A DNA stretch of 64,000 nucleotides, taken from positions 208,754,001 through 208,818,000 of the forward strand of contig NC_091985.1 of the NCBI RefSeq assembly GCF_044704955.1, written 5' to 3'. How positions within the stretch are numbered: the first letter of the stretch is position 1; each line of letters opens with the position of its first letter. Made by a program: the position numbers and the translations under genes. Origin of the DNA: Pristiophorus japonicus. Taxonomy: Eukaryota. The notes under the pieces are model-generated. The model had not been told where the DNA came from. It worked only from the letters and a program-made list of their open reading frames with translations, and did not search any database. Of this stretch, positions 37,996-50,929 are shown piece by piece.

Positions 37996-38294
37996 GATTC
38001 AGCCATGGCTCAATGGGTAGCACTCTCACCTCTGAGTCAGAAGGTTGTGAGTTCAAGTCCCGCTCCAGGGACTTGAGCACAAAATCTAGGCTGACACTCC
38101 AGTGCAGTGCTGAGGGAGATGCTATCTTTCCGATGAGACATTAAACCAAGGCACCGCCTGTTATCTCTGGTGGATGTAAAAGATCCTATGGCACTATTTT
38201 GAAGAAGAGCAAGGGAGGTATCCCTGTTGTCCTGGCAATATTTATCCATCAATCAACATAACAAAAACAGTTTATCTGGTAATTATCACATTAA
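37996..38294 (+). mobile_element. tRNA-derived SINE, 5' part
   Basis: Homologous to 31590-31820; A/B boxes; cut by CR1. Confidence 0.8.
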
Positions 38295-39280
38295 CAACAT
38301 AAGAACAAGATACAAAATAGGAGCAGGAGTAGGCCATTTGGCCCCTTGAGCCTGCTCTGCCATTTAATAAGATCAAGGCTTTTCTGATCATGGACTCAGC
38401 TCCACTTCCCTGCCAGCTCCCCATAACCCTTTATTCCCTTATCACTCTAAAATCTGTCTATCTCCGCCTTAAATATATTCAATGACCCAGCTTCCACAGC
38501 TCTCTGGGGCAAAGAATTCCACAGATTTGCAACCCTCAGACAAGAAATCCCTCCTTATCTCAGTTTTAAATGGGTGGCCTCTTATTCTGAAATTGTGAGT
38601 AGAATTATCCTCACTGCATCCACCTTGTCAAGCTCTTATAAGTTTCAATAAGATCACCTCTCATCCGTCTGAACTCCAATGAGTACAGGCCCAACCTACT
38701 CAACCTATCTTCATAAGTCAACCCCCTCAGCTCCAGAATCAACCTAGTGAACCTTCTCTGAACTGCCTCCATTGCAAGTATATCCTTGCTTCAATATGGA
38801 GACCAAAACTGTACACAGTACTCCAGGTGTGGCCTCACCAATACCCTGTACAGATGTAGCAGGAATTCTCTGGTGTACATTTAATGCAAGGGGAATACTA
38901 TATTCCCCTTGCAATAAATGCCAACATTCCATTTGCCTTCCTGATTACTTGCTGTACCTGCATACTAATTTTTGTGTTTCATGCACAAGGATCCCTAGGT
39001 CTTTCTGTACTGCAGCACTTTGCAATTTTTCTCCATTTAAATTATAATTTGCTTTTCTATTTTTTCTGCCAAAATGGATAACCTCACATTTTCCCACATT
39101 ATACTCCATCTGCCAAATTTTTGCCTACTCACTTAGCCTGTCCATATCCCTTTGCAGATTTTATGTGTACTCCTCACAACTTGCTTTCCCACCCATCTTT
39201 ATATCATCATCAGCAAACTTGGCTACATTGCACTCGGTCCCTTTATCCAAGTCATTAATATAGATTGAAAATAGTTGAGT
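38295..39280 (-). mobile_element. CR1 3' fragment
   Basis: Close match to 1319-2130. Confidence 0.9.
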
Positions 39281-39349
39281 GTGGGATTAATCGTGCTTTA
39301 ATCGGTATTTGCCACTTAATGCAAGTGTTGACTTCGTTCAATGTCTGTC

Positions 39350-40260
39350 AGCTTTTGGTATAGTTTGAGAGTCTGGGATTCATTCTGTATCTCTCAGTCT
39401 CTGGTATGGTGAGTGAGTGTGGGAGTCACTCTGTATCTCTCAGTATCTGGTACAGTGAGTGTGGGATTCATTCTGTATTTCTCAGTCTCTGGTACAGTGA
39501 GTGAGTGTGGGATTCACTCTGTATCTCTCAGTCTCTGGTACAGTTTATGGCGGTGGTATTGATTCTGTAGCTCTCAGTCTCTGATACAGTGAGTATGGAA
39601 TTCATTCTGTATCTCTCATTCTCTGGTACAGGGAGTGAGTCTGGGATTCATTCTGTATCTCTCAGTCTCTGGTACGGTGAGTGCGGGATTCATTCTGTAT
39701 TTCTCAGTCTCTGGTACAGTGAGTGAGTCTGGGATTCACTCTCTATCTCTCAGTCTCTGGTACAGTGAGTGAGTCTGGGATTCACTCTGTATCTCTCAGT
39801 CTCTGGTACAGTGAGTGTGGGATTCACTCTGTATCTCTCAGTCTCTGGTACAGTGAGTGTGGGATTCACTCTGTATCTATCAGTCTCTGGTACAGTGAGT
39901 GTGGGATTCACTCTATATCTATCAGTCTCTGGTACAGTGAGTGTGGGATTCACTCTGTATCTATCAGTCTCTGGTACAGTGAGTGTGGGATTCACTCTGT
40001 ATCTATCAGTCTCTGGTACAGTGAGTGTGGGATTCACTCTGTATCTATCAGTCTCTGGTACAGTGAGTGTGGGATTCACTCTGTATCTATCAGTCTCTGG
40101 TACAGTGAGTGTGGGATTCACTCTGTATCTCTCAGTCTCTGGTACAGTGAGTGTGGGATTCACTCTGTATCTCTCAGTCTCTGGTACAGTGAGTGTGGGA
40201 TTCACTCTGTATCTCTCAGTCTCTGGTACTGTTAGTGATTGCGGGATACATTCTATATCT
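39350..40260. repeat. 42-bp satellite (GTGAGTGTGGGATTCACTCTGTATCTCTCAGTCTCTGGTACA), ~21 units
   Basis: Near-perfect core 39770-40230, degenerate flanks, 46-bp variants. Confidence 0.95.
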
Positions 40261-40572
40261 TTCAGTCTGAACCTTATGATGTGGATTTATTCTATACCTT
40301 TCAGATACTATTTGTCTATTCTCTCTGATAGTTAATTTATCACTATGGCTGCACTATTGTGAGATTAACATTGTGCCTTTCAGGCTGATAATGGGTGTGT
40401 ATTTTGACTGGGATTGATGTATCTACCTGTGAACAGTACTGAGTTATGGTGAAATGTTAACAACTTCTGTCTCTCCTGCTCTGTTTGATTGCTAGATTGA
40501 AAATGTATATCTGGAAATTTGGATCATTGCGGGACTGACTACTTCTGCTGTCTATGAGTGTGGAATTGATAT

Positions 40573-42258
40573 TAAGAACATAAGAAATAGGAGCAGGAGT
40601 AGGCCATACGGCCCCTCGAGCCTGCTCCGCCATTTAATACGATCATGGCTGATCCGATCATGGACTCAGGTCCACTTCCCTGCCCGTGCCCTATAACCCC
40701 TTATTTCCTTATCGGTTAAGTAACTGTCCATCTCTGTCTTAAATGTATTCAATGACCCAGCTTCCACAGCTCTCTGAGGCAGCAAATTCCATAGATTTAT
40801 AACCCTCAGAGAAGAAATTTCTCCTCATCTCAGTTTTAAATGGGTGGCCCCTTATTCTAAGATTATGCCCCCTAGTTCTAGTCTCCCCTATCAGTGGAAC
40901 CATCTTCTCTGCCCCCTCATAATCTTATATGTTTTGATAAGATCACCTAAATTCCAATGAGTAGAGGCAAACCTACTGAACTATCCTCATAAGTCAACGC
41001 CCTCATCTCCGGAATCAACCTAGTGAACCTTCTCTGAACTGCCTCCAAAGCAAGTATATTCTTTCTTAGATATGGAAACCAAAATTGTACACAGTATTCC
41101 AGGTATGGCCTCACCACTACCCTGTATAACTGTAGCAAAACTTCCCTGCATTTATACTCCATCCCCTTTTCAATAAAGGCCAAGATCCCATTGGCCTTCC
41201 TGATCACTTGCTGTACCTGCATACTAACCTTGTGTTTCATGCACCAGATCCTGCTGTACTGCAGCACTTTGCAATTGTTCCCCATTTAAATAATAACTTG
41301 CTGTTTGATTTTTTTTTGCTAAAGTGCATAACTTCACATTTTCCAACATTATACTCCATCTGCCAAATTTTTGCCCACTCACATAGCCTGTCTATGTCCT
41401 CCTCATGCATTGCTTTTCCTCCCATCTTTGTATCATCATCAAACTTGGCTATGTTACATCCAGTCCCTTCTTCCAAGTCGTTAATATAGATTGTAAAAAG
41501 TTGGGGTCCCAGCACTGATCCCTGCGGCACCCCACTAGTTACGGGTTGCCAACCAGAGAATGACCACTTACCCCGACTCTCACTTTTCTGTTAGTTAGCC
41601 AGTCCTCTATCCATGCTAATATATTTCCCTCAATCCCATGAACTTTTATCTTGTGCAGTAACCTTTTATGTGGCATCTTGTCAAGTGCCTTCTGGAAGTC
41701 CAAATACACCACATCCACTGGTTTCCCTTTATCCACCCTGTTCGTTGCATCCTCAAAGAACTCCAACAAATTTTTCAAACATGACTTCCCCTTCATAAAT
41801 CCATGCTGACTCTGCCTGACTGAATTATGCTTTTCCAAATGTCCTGGTACTGCTTTAATAATAGACTGCAACATTTTCCCAACCACAGATATTAGGCTAA
41901 CTGGTCTATAGTTTCCTGCTTTTTGTCTGCCTTCTTTTTCAAAAAAGGGTGTTACATTTTCAGTTTTCCAATCTGCTGGGACCTCCCCAGAATCCAGGGA
42001 ATTTTGGTAAATTACAACCAATGAATACACTATCCCTGCCACTACTTCTCTCAAGACCCTAGGATGCAAGCCATCAGGTCCAGGACATTTACCACCTCAT
42101 TAGTGATTGTGATATAGCCCCCACCCCCCATAACCCCTTGACTATCCACTGGTGGGATATTTTTAGTCTCCTCTCCCGTAAAGACTGATTCAAAATATTT
42201 GGTCAGAGTTTCTGCCATCTCCATGTACCCCATCACCAATTCCCTGGTTTCGTCCTCT
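40573..42258 (-). mobile_element. CR1 LINE, degraded RT + 3' end
   Basis: HPRVLREV, NYRPVSLIS, PQGSVLGP, KFDDDTK. Confidence 0.9.
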
Positions 42259-43029
42259 CTGAGTAATACCGTACCTACTGTGTGTACAAGGAGCCAGTTG
42301 CACTGTTCCTTATGTCTCAGGTGGCAGAAACTTCACATTTGTTCCTGTACCTTCAATTCCTTGCCTGTAGGAAGAAATGGTATCTCTGATCATTCAAGAA
42401 CAGGAGAAGGTGAAAATACTAAAGTAATGAATGTAATTGTTCAATTAATATTCGTTATGAACATTCACAAAGAAAAGCCAGCGATACAAACAATGTCAAT
42501 GTCTGACTCCACTGCAGTACTCAGCTTCTGCACACCAAGTGTGTTGGGCAGATTTACAGCAATTTACTGACATCCAGACACAACCCAACCCCTGCCCTGC
42601 TTCAGGAATGGGACGACCCGATGGGGCACGGACTTTTACACAGCTCAGATTGCTACTCCCCTCTCCCAGGGCACTAACCGTTCAACCAGAAACAAAGAGC
42701 CGCTGTTTAAAACGTGTCTTTCACATTTCTCACCCGGTGCCTGCAATAGATGCTCCTTGTATAAATCCTCAGTGTCCGGCTCTGCTTCCACCGCTCACTG
42801 TCCAATGACAACAAACACGGTGAGACTGGAACTAAAGCAGGAACGTTCACTACTGGTTTACAGGGAGAAAGCAGCAATGACTGTAAACAGCAGATCCTTC
42901 CCATTCTGTCTCCCTTACCCGGGACACACGCTGTCCACACACAGCCCAAGAATGGCCTCTCCCTTCCCCCATTCACTCCACGCACTGAGACCAGTTCTTG
43001 CTCCACTCCGCCTGTTACACACAGACTCC

Positions 43030-43300
43030 GACTCCCCCTGAACTTCCCCCGGACTCAGTGCCGATCTCTGAGCCCATCTGCGGACACGCTCCCAAAGCGA
43101 TGTGCTGCTGTAAGGAGGCTGCTGCTCGCTGCCTTACCCCGGGGCCGCGGTGTCTCCATTCCCGGCTGTTTAAACCATCTTTCTCCGCTCACTGAGTGAA
43201 TGGCGCTCACAGGCAGGGCTGGGGGAGGGGAGGGCGCATGTGCTCTTCTGCTCACTGGAAATCGACACGGGGGCGGGGCTTAACCGCGCATGCGCAGCTC
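43030..43300 (-). promoter_or_regulatory. CpG-rich promoter / putative first exon
   Basis: NRF1-type CGCGCATGCGCA ~43285, GC box ~43270, minus-strand donor GGG|GTAAGG ~43137; target gene unknown. Confidence 0.45.
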
Positions 43301-44683
43301 TCTGCAATAATTCAGCCTTTAAAAATCAACGTGAACTTTTCCCGATTTACTTTTATCAGAATCTGAGCAAAGGAACTGGGCCTGGGGGGCAAGGACAGAG
43401 AATGTTTAAAGCTGGGGGCCTTGCCCCTTTGAGATGCTCAATTTGGGATCATTCCTTGCAGGGTTTTTTTCTCTTCGTGAGCCCGTCCTCACAAAGCAAT
43501 CCTGCAGAAACATCGGAGGGACGGCGGAGTAGGAGTGTTTGCTGGGACTGTGCAGGAGTTAATATCTGACAGAAACAGTCCCAGTTTAATTTAATCAGAG
43601 TGAAACACTCGGTCACTGAGAGTAATACCGAACGGCCCTGAGCTGCAAGATTACAGAGAGTACAACAGGCGAGCGAGGGTTAAATGTGGGACCTTGTTTC
43701 TCTCACTCTCTGACACTGTCCCGCAGTGTGGGATTAATAATGTGTCTGTCTGTGGTACAATATCAGTGAGAGAGGGGACTGCATCTTCTGTCTCTCCAAT
43801 GGGATCTTTCAGGATAAAACCGGACCTCACAGGTCAGTCTGGAACTGATACTGTGCATGTTTCTGTGTCTCACCGCCCTGCCTCGCGCTCCCCTGTCTCT
43901 CACTCAGTCCTCTGCCCCACTCCCCGCTCTCCCCACTCCCCCCTCTCCCCATCTCTCTCTGTGTTGCTATCCCCCTTTCTCTTGTACTGTTTGGAAAGGC
44001 GGGATATTGTTATTTAGCGTGATGTGGAAACACTATTGGAAGTACAACCCTGATACTGTCTCTATTCTCTCCCTGGTGCTATACATGACAGTGTGGCACT
44101 GTTACTGAGTGTAAGACGGGGATACCAATACAAAGTGTAAGACTGATACTGTGCCTGTCTCTCTCTATCTTTCGCTGATACGGTACATGAATGCGTGATA
44201 CAAGTATTGAGCGTAATATGGAGACACAGTTCGCGTATTTAGGGTGTCTATATCTGCCGTTCTCTCAGATAGCAATCTCTGGGTGATAAGGATGGGATGG
44301 ATAGGGCACCAGTTACTGTTAAATGTCTCTCAGTTTAGGAGGAGAGAGAGACAAAGAGAGGCTGGTGGGGCAGTGAGCACATAATATATATTTTCAGAAA
44401 AATCAAACATATTTCTGCATGCGAACACTATAACAACTTAAAGCAGATATGAGTTTAGCCAGCCTCTGTGGTGAGTGTTCCCCAGATTCAGGGGCAGGAA
44501 CCAAACACTGTAAGGAATGCAAGCCTCAGAGTGTTTAACATTTACTGAGCTGGGAAACTACAACTAACCCCGAGAATCGGCAGCACAAGCTGAGCGGAGA
44601 GGAAACCCTGTGCTGGGAGCTGTAAATCTGGGACAGTTTGTGTTGTGAATGTGCAGATGTGAACATTGTGTGAGTGATAATGT

Positions 44684-44937
44684 GTGTCTACTGTATATGG
44701 TCCACGTCTCTGAGCCACACAGGAGGGCGGGTATCACTACAGTCCTGTAGACCATGAGCTTGGTGGCAGATTTGAGGGCCTGATCTTTGAACACTCTTTC
44801 CCTCAGGTGGCTGAAGGCTGCACTGGCGCACTGCAGGCGGTGTTGAATCTTGTTGTCAATGTCTGCTCTTGCTGATAATAGGCTCCCAAGGTATGGAAAG
44901 TGGTCCACATTGTCCAGTGCCGGACCGTTGATCTTGA
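44684..44937 (-). mobile_element. Inverted 5' segment of RTE insertion
   Basis: DHFPYLGSLLS..TKLMVYRTVVIPALLCGSETWTIYSRH. Confidence 0.85.
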
Positions 44938-47900
44938 TGGAAATCGCTGGAGAAATGCCACCAATGTCTCCACAAGATCCTGCAAATCCCCTGGGAGGAC
45001 AGACGCATCAGTGTTAGCGTCCTCGACCAGGCCAACATCCCCAGCATCGAAGCAATGACCACACTCGACCAGCTCCGCTGGATAGGCTGTTAAGTCCTGA
45101 CTCTAATGTACTGACTTGCACAAGACATATGCTGAAGTCAAGGTCACTCAATAACCTGCACCTTTAATTCACAGCTCTCCAGTGCTGCGCTTGCCTGAGA
45201 CCTCCCTTTATATACCTCAGTGGGACAGGTATGGAGTGTCTCCTGCAAGTGCACCCCTAGTGATAAGGTATGCTTATTGTTACAGGTCATATCCAGTTAC
45301 AGTCATGTATAGCATGGTAAGATACAGTTATATACAGTAATGTGAGATACATGACATCACCCTCCCCCAAGGTCTTATTGCCTTTATAGATTCAGTCTCT
45401 CAGGTGGTCTGCACTCTCGCATGGAGCGTCTTAGTTGTGGTTCAGTTGTTTGCCTTGGTGCCTGTGTTCGTTAGGTGCGATTGCTGGTATCTCGCCTGGG
45501 CTGTCTGTTTCATTCGGCGTGATTGCTGGTACCTCGCCTGGGCTGTCTGTTCAGACTGCCCTTTCCTCAGGTTGTTCCACCTGTCTGTCCACTAGGTGTG
45601 GTGTGAGTTCCACATTGTAGTCTGCCTCTGGTTCTTCAGTGTTATCAGTGAATCTACTTGTTACTTGGTCAACATGCCTCTGGCAGGTTTGGCCATTGTC
45701 CATTTGTATAACCAGCAGCCTGTTTCCCTCTTTGTCTGTTACTGTCCCTGCAAGCCATTTGGGACCCCGGCCATAGTTTAGCACAAACACTTTGTCCCCT
45801 ATCTCATTCCACCTCCCCCTCGAATTTCGGTCATGGTACTCAGTTAGCTTTTGATGCTCAGCCTCAACAATTTCATGCATGTCTGGGAGGACTAACGAGA
45901 GCCTGGTCTTTAAGGTTCATTTCATCAATAGTTGCACGAGGGGAACCCCAGTCAATGAATGCGGACGAGATCTGTATGCCAGCAGCAGTCACGACAGGTG
46001 GCTCTGCAGCATGGCACTTTGGATTCTGAGCATGCCTTGTTTAATGATCTGCACTGCACACTCCACCTAGCCATTGGAGGCTGGCTTAAAAGGTGCCATC
46101 TTAACGTGATTTATACCGTGGTCAACTATAAAATTGTGAAATTCTGCACTGGTGAAGCACGGACCATTATCACTGACCAATATGTCAGGAATGCCGTGCG
46201 TTGCAAACATGGTTCTAAGGCTCTCCACAGTGGTGGAGTTGGTGCTCGAGTTTAAAATGGTGCACTCGATCCATTTTGAAAATGCATCAACGACTACAAG
46301 GAACATTTTGCCCATGAATGGGCCTGCATAGTCCACATGCACCCGTGACCATGGTTTGGTGGGCCAGGGGCTAAGGGGGGCCTCCTTGGGGGCATTACTG
46401 TGTTGGGCACAAATGGTGCACCAACGGACGCAGAGCTCCAAGTCTGCATCAATGCCAGGCCACCAGACATGAGATCTGGCTATGGCCTTCATAAGGACGA
46501 TCCCCGGGTGTTCACGATGAAGCTCCTGGACAAATGCCTCCCTGCCTCGTAAGGGTATAACTACTCAGCTGCCCCACATCAGGCAGTCTGCCTGTATTGA
46601 GAGTTCATGCATGCGCCTAAGGGTTTGACCTCCTCAGGGCAGGCATCGCGAGCCTCTGCCCAGTCACCAATTAAAACGCATCTTTTAACTAGACATAACG
46701 TGAGGTCGCTGGTCGTCCAGGCTCTGATTTGGCGAGCCATCATGTGCGAACCTGTGGATTCAAAGGCATTGATGCCATGACCATCTCACAGTCCTGTTCG
46801 TCGGACCCTTCTATGGTTGCCAGGGGTAGCCTGCTAAGCGCGTCGGCACAGTTGTCTGTGCCTCGTCTGTGCCTTATCGTGTAGTCGTAAGCTGCCAGCA
46901 TGAGTGCCCACCGCTGAATGCGCACCGAGGCATTGCCGTTAATTGCCTTGCACTCCGATAGTAGGGACTTGAAGGGTTTGTGGTCGGTTTCTAATGCAAA
47001 CTTGGCCCCGAAAAGGTATTGGTGTATCTTTTTGACACCGTACATGCACGCGAGCACCTCCTTCTCAACCATACCATACCCGCGCTCCGCCCGCGAAAGT
47101 AACCTGGAGGCATAAGCAACGGGCTGCAATTTACCCGCATCATTGACGTGCTGTAAAATGTACCCGACCCCGTATGCTGATGCATCACAAGTAAGGACTA
47201 ACTTTTTACCTGGGTCAAAAAAAGCTAAAACACTCTTGGAACATAGAAGGTTGTGTGCCTTATTGAAGGCACGTTCTTGGGTGTCCCGCCAAAACCAATC
47301 GCACCCCTTTCTGAGTAGCACATGGAGAGGCTCCAGCAGTGTGCTCAAGTTCTGCATAAAGTTCCCAAAGTAATTGAGTAGCCCAGAAAGGCGCGCAGTT
47401 CTGAGATATTCCGGGGCCTGGGTACTAGGTGAATCGCTTCAGTTTTGGATTCGGTTGGGCGGATTCCATCAGCGGCAATCCTTCTACCCAAAAATTCAAC
47501 CTCAGATGTGAGAAACAGACACTTGGGTTTCTTAACTCTTAGGCCTAGCCGATCCAATCGACTTAGTACTTCCTCAAGATTGCGGAGATGAGAGTCGGTG
47601 TCCCTGCCCGTGATGAGTATGTCATCTTGAAACACAACCGTCCCCGGAATGGACTTGCGCAGACTCTCCATGTTGCGCTGGAATATAGCAGCTGCCGACC
47701 TGATGCCGAATGGGCATCGATTGTACCCAAAAAGGCCTCGATGTGTGTTGATGGTGGTGAGTAACCTAGACTCTTCGGTCAGTTCTTGCGTCATATACAC
47801 AGATGTGAGGGCAAGTTTCGAGAAAAGTTTTCCTCCAGCCAACGTGGCAAATAGGTCCTCCGCTCTGGGAAGCGGGTATTGGTCCTGTAGGGAGACTTTG

Positions 47901-50248
47901 TTGATGGTAGACTTGTAATCCCCACAGATTCACACGGATCCATCAGGCTTCATGACGGGGATGATGGGTCTTGCCCAGTCACTGAATTCCACGGGAGAAA
48001 TTATGCCTTCCCGCAGAAGCTGGTCCAGGTCATTTTCAATCTTTTCCCTCATCACATAAGGTACAGTTCTAGCCTTGTGATGGACCAGTCTGGCATTCTG
48101 TGTGATGTAAATTTTAACTTTACCCCTTTGAAGGTGCCCACACCTGCTGAAAGAGATGTTCAAAACGGCTTAGAACTGTTGAGCAGGAGGTTCGTTCCTC
48201 TGACGACATGGCATGAACATCATCCCATTTCCAATTAAGTTCTGCTAGCCAGCTTCTCCCTAACAAGGCTGGGAGATCCCCGGGGACAATCCACTGGGAA
48301 AGTCGGTTCACCATCCCTTTGTGTGTGACCGAGAGCATGGCGCTGGAAAGGACTGGGATGATTTCTTTACTATAGGTCCTTAGTTTGGTGTCGATCTTTG
48401 TGAGTTTTGGTCTGTTGCTTTTGTGCGGCCACAGCTGTTCAAATTGTTGAACGCTCATGAGGGATTGACTGGCCCCTGTGTCCAGCTCCATGTTGACGGG
48501 TATCCCATTGAGTAGAACCCTCATCATAATTGGAGGCAACTTGGTGTAAGAACAGTGGACATTGATCATGTTAACCCGCTGTACCTCGGCATCCTGTGCA
48601 CTATTCCAACCATCTTCTGGTCCGCTTTTCGACCTTTCCAATTTGCATACCAGCTGAGCTGCTGTTTTTCTGACATGCAAGCCAATGTAGTTGCAGTTTC
48701 TGAAAACGGCATGCTGAAATCGACACACCCTGGTTGAGTGCCTTCCCCCACATCTCCAACACAGACCGTTTCCATTGTTTCCGAAGGATGAGCTGCGTCT
48801 GACTGATCTCCCTTGAGCTTCTCTCAATCTGTTGTTGATTGCTTGCATTGTGGGTTGATGAGGTGTGATCGGCCGTTCAAGTGGCCCTTGATTTTGATGG
48901 CTTCTGGCGCCACTGTCTGCTGTTGAAGGCCTGCTCTCATGCCTTTGTCTGTGTGTGGGGGTAGCAGTTTGTTTCACAATGTGAATCCCTTGTTCCGATG
49001 CCTCGTTGGTTGTACTACCCGAAGTATAGATCAGCTTCGTTTCTTCTTCGCCTGCCAAGAATGTCTATGAGACCAGTGTTGCTGCCTCTAGAGTCAAGCT
49101 CTTAGTCTCTATAAGCTTTCGGAATATGCCTGCATGGCCTATTCCTTCAATAAAAAAGTCTCTCAGTACTTCTCTCCTTAGTTCATCAGGGAACTCACAT
49201 GAACTAGCCAGCCTCCGAAGTTCCGCCACCAAGTCGGGTATGCTTTGGTCCACACAGCATCTGTAGTTGTAGAACCTGTGTCTGGCCATGTGTAGGCTGC
49301 TCGCTGGCTTCAGGTGGTCTCGCACCAGTGTGCTCAACTCCTCAAACAACTTGCTTGCTGGTTTCTTGGGTGCCAGCAGGTTTTTCATTAAAGCATATGT
49401 TTTCGAGCCACAGCTGGTCAAGAGATGGGCTCTTCTCTTGTCTGCCTTATCATCGCCCAGCCAGTCTTTGGTCACAAAGCTTTGCTGGAGCCTTTCTATA
49501 AAGTCATCCCAATTGTCTCCAGCATTGTATTTCTCATCTGAGCTGTTGGTAGCCATTCTGTGGATTCTGTGATCCCGTAACTCGTCGCCACTGTTAAGTC
49601 CTGACTCTAATGTACTGACTTGCATGAGACGCATGCTGAAGTCAAGGTCACTCAGGACCTGCACCTTTAATTCACAGCTCTCCAGTGCTGCACATGCCTG
49701 AGACCTCCCTTTATATACCTCAGTGGGACAGGTATGGAGTGTCTCCTGCAAGTGCACCCCTGGTGGTAAGGTATGCTTATTGTTACAGGTCATATCCAGT
49801 TACAGTCATGTATAGCATGGTAAGATACAGTTATATACAGTAATGTGAGATACATGACAGAGGCCACATTGTTCGCATGCCTGACACAAGACTCCCAAAG
49901 CAAGCGCTCTACTCAGAACTCCTACACGGCAAGCAAGCCCAAGGTGGGCAGAGGAAACGTTACAAGGACACCCTCAAAACCTCTCTGATAAAGTGCAACA
50001 TCCCCACCGACACCTGGGAGTCCCTGGCCAAAGACCGCCCGAAGTTGAGGAAGTGCATCCGGGAGGGCGCTGAGCGGTCGAGTCTCATCGCCGAGAGCAT
50101 GCAGAAAATAAGCGCAGGCAGCGGAAAGAGCGTGCGGCAAACTAGTCCCACCCTCCCTTACCGTCAAAGACTAACTGTCCCACCTGTGACAGAGACTGTA
50201 ATTCCCGTATTGGACTGTTCAGTCACCTAACAACTCACTTTCAGAGTG
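44938..50248 (+). mobile_element. RTE 3' segment (44938-45087 + 49860-50248) split by a Gypsy provirus
   Basis: KSLEK..KILQIPWEDRR..DQLRW | GHIVRMPDTRLPKQ rejoin across the provirus. Confidence 0.85.
45088..49859 (-). mobile_element. Full-length Gypsy (Mag-like) provirus, decayed gag-pol
   Basis: LTRs 45088-45356 and 49592-49859 (TG..CA); PBS TGGCGACGAG 49581-49590; PPT 45357-45368; TSD tAGGC/gAGGC; gag ATG 49556, CWRCGGRH knuckle, LDTGA, FQDD, CDAS, HVDYAGP. Confidence 0.95.
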
Positions 50249-50324
50249 TGATGAGAGTGTGTTAAAGGGGCGGGCCGGTGAGACTAATATCACTGTGTTT
50301 GTGTGTCCGTCTCATCCCCGGATT

Positions 50325-50878
50325 CCCGCTCCAAGCCAGTCGGCCCCACGTTGGGCGAATATATCCTCAAGGTTGTGGCCGATGGCAGCGATCGCAAGGG
50401 GATGTCTCTGGCCGCGATAAAGAAGGCTCTGGCGGCCAAAGGCGTGGATGTGGAGAAGCGCAGGTCCCAGATCAGGTTCAGTATCAAGAGGAATGTGACA
50501 AATGGCTTCCTGGTGCAGACCAAGGGCACGGGCGCCTCGGGCTCCTTCAAAGTCGCTAAGAAGGAAAACCAGGGGAAAGTGGGAAGCGAGGTGAAGAAAC
50601 CAGCAGTCAAGAAATCTCCAGCCAAGAAACCAGCAGCCAAGACATCTCTGACCAAGAAACCAGCAGCCAAGAAATCTCCCGCCAAGAAAACGAGCACCAA
50701 GAAGGCGCCAACAGTAAAAAAGACAGCGAAAGCTGCGGCTGGGAAGAAGGCAGCGGCGCAGAAGCCCAAGGGCCCCAAGAAGGCCTCAGGCGCAAAGGTG
50801 AAGGCGGCCAAAGAGGTGGAAAAAGCGAGGGCCAAGGCCAAATCAGCAAAACCCAAGAAAGCAGCATCCAAAAAGTAA
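50325..50878 (+). pseudogene. H1: Histone H1 lacking start codon and most of the N-terminal tail
   Basis: Globular domain (RKGMSLAAIKKAL..LVQTKGTGASGSFK) and K/A/P tail intact; no ATG upstream of the globular domain. Confidence 0.8.
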
Positions 50879-50913
50879 ATAAAAAGTGCAACTTGTAAAC
50901 ACCTGGACCCAAT

Positions 50914-50929
50914 GGCTCTTCTCAGAGCC
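50914..50929 (+). terminator. Histone 3' stem-loop (H1)
   Basis: GGCTCTTCTCAGAGCC then ACCCA; purine-rich HDE AGAAAAGAG ~50943. Confidence 0.9.

Noticed and set aside
39723-40335. 150-188 aa repetitive ORFs on both strands
   Set aside because: Produced by a stop-free 42-bp unit (multiple of 3); no gene structure.
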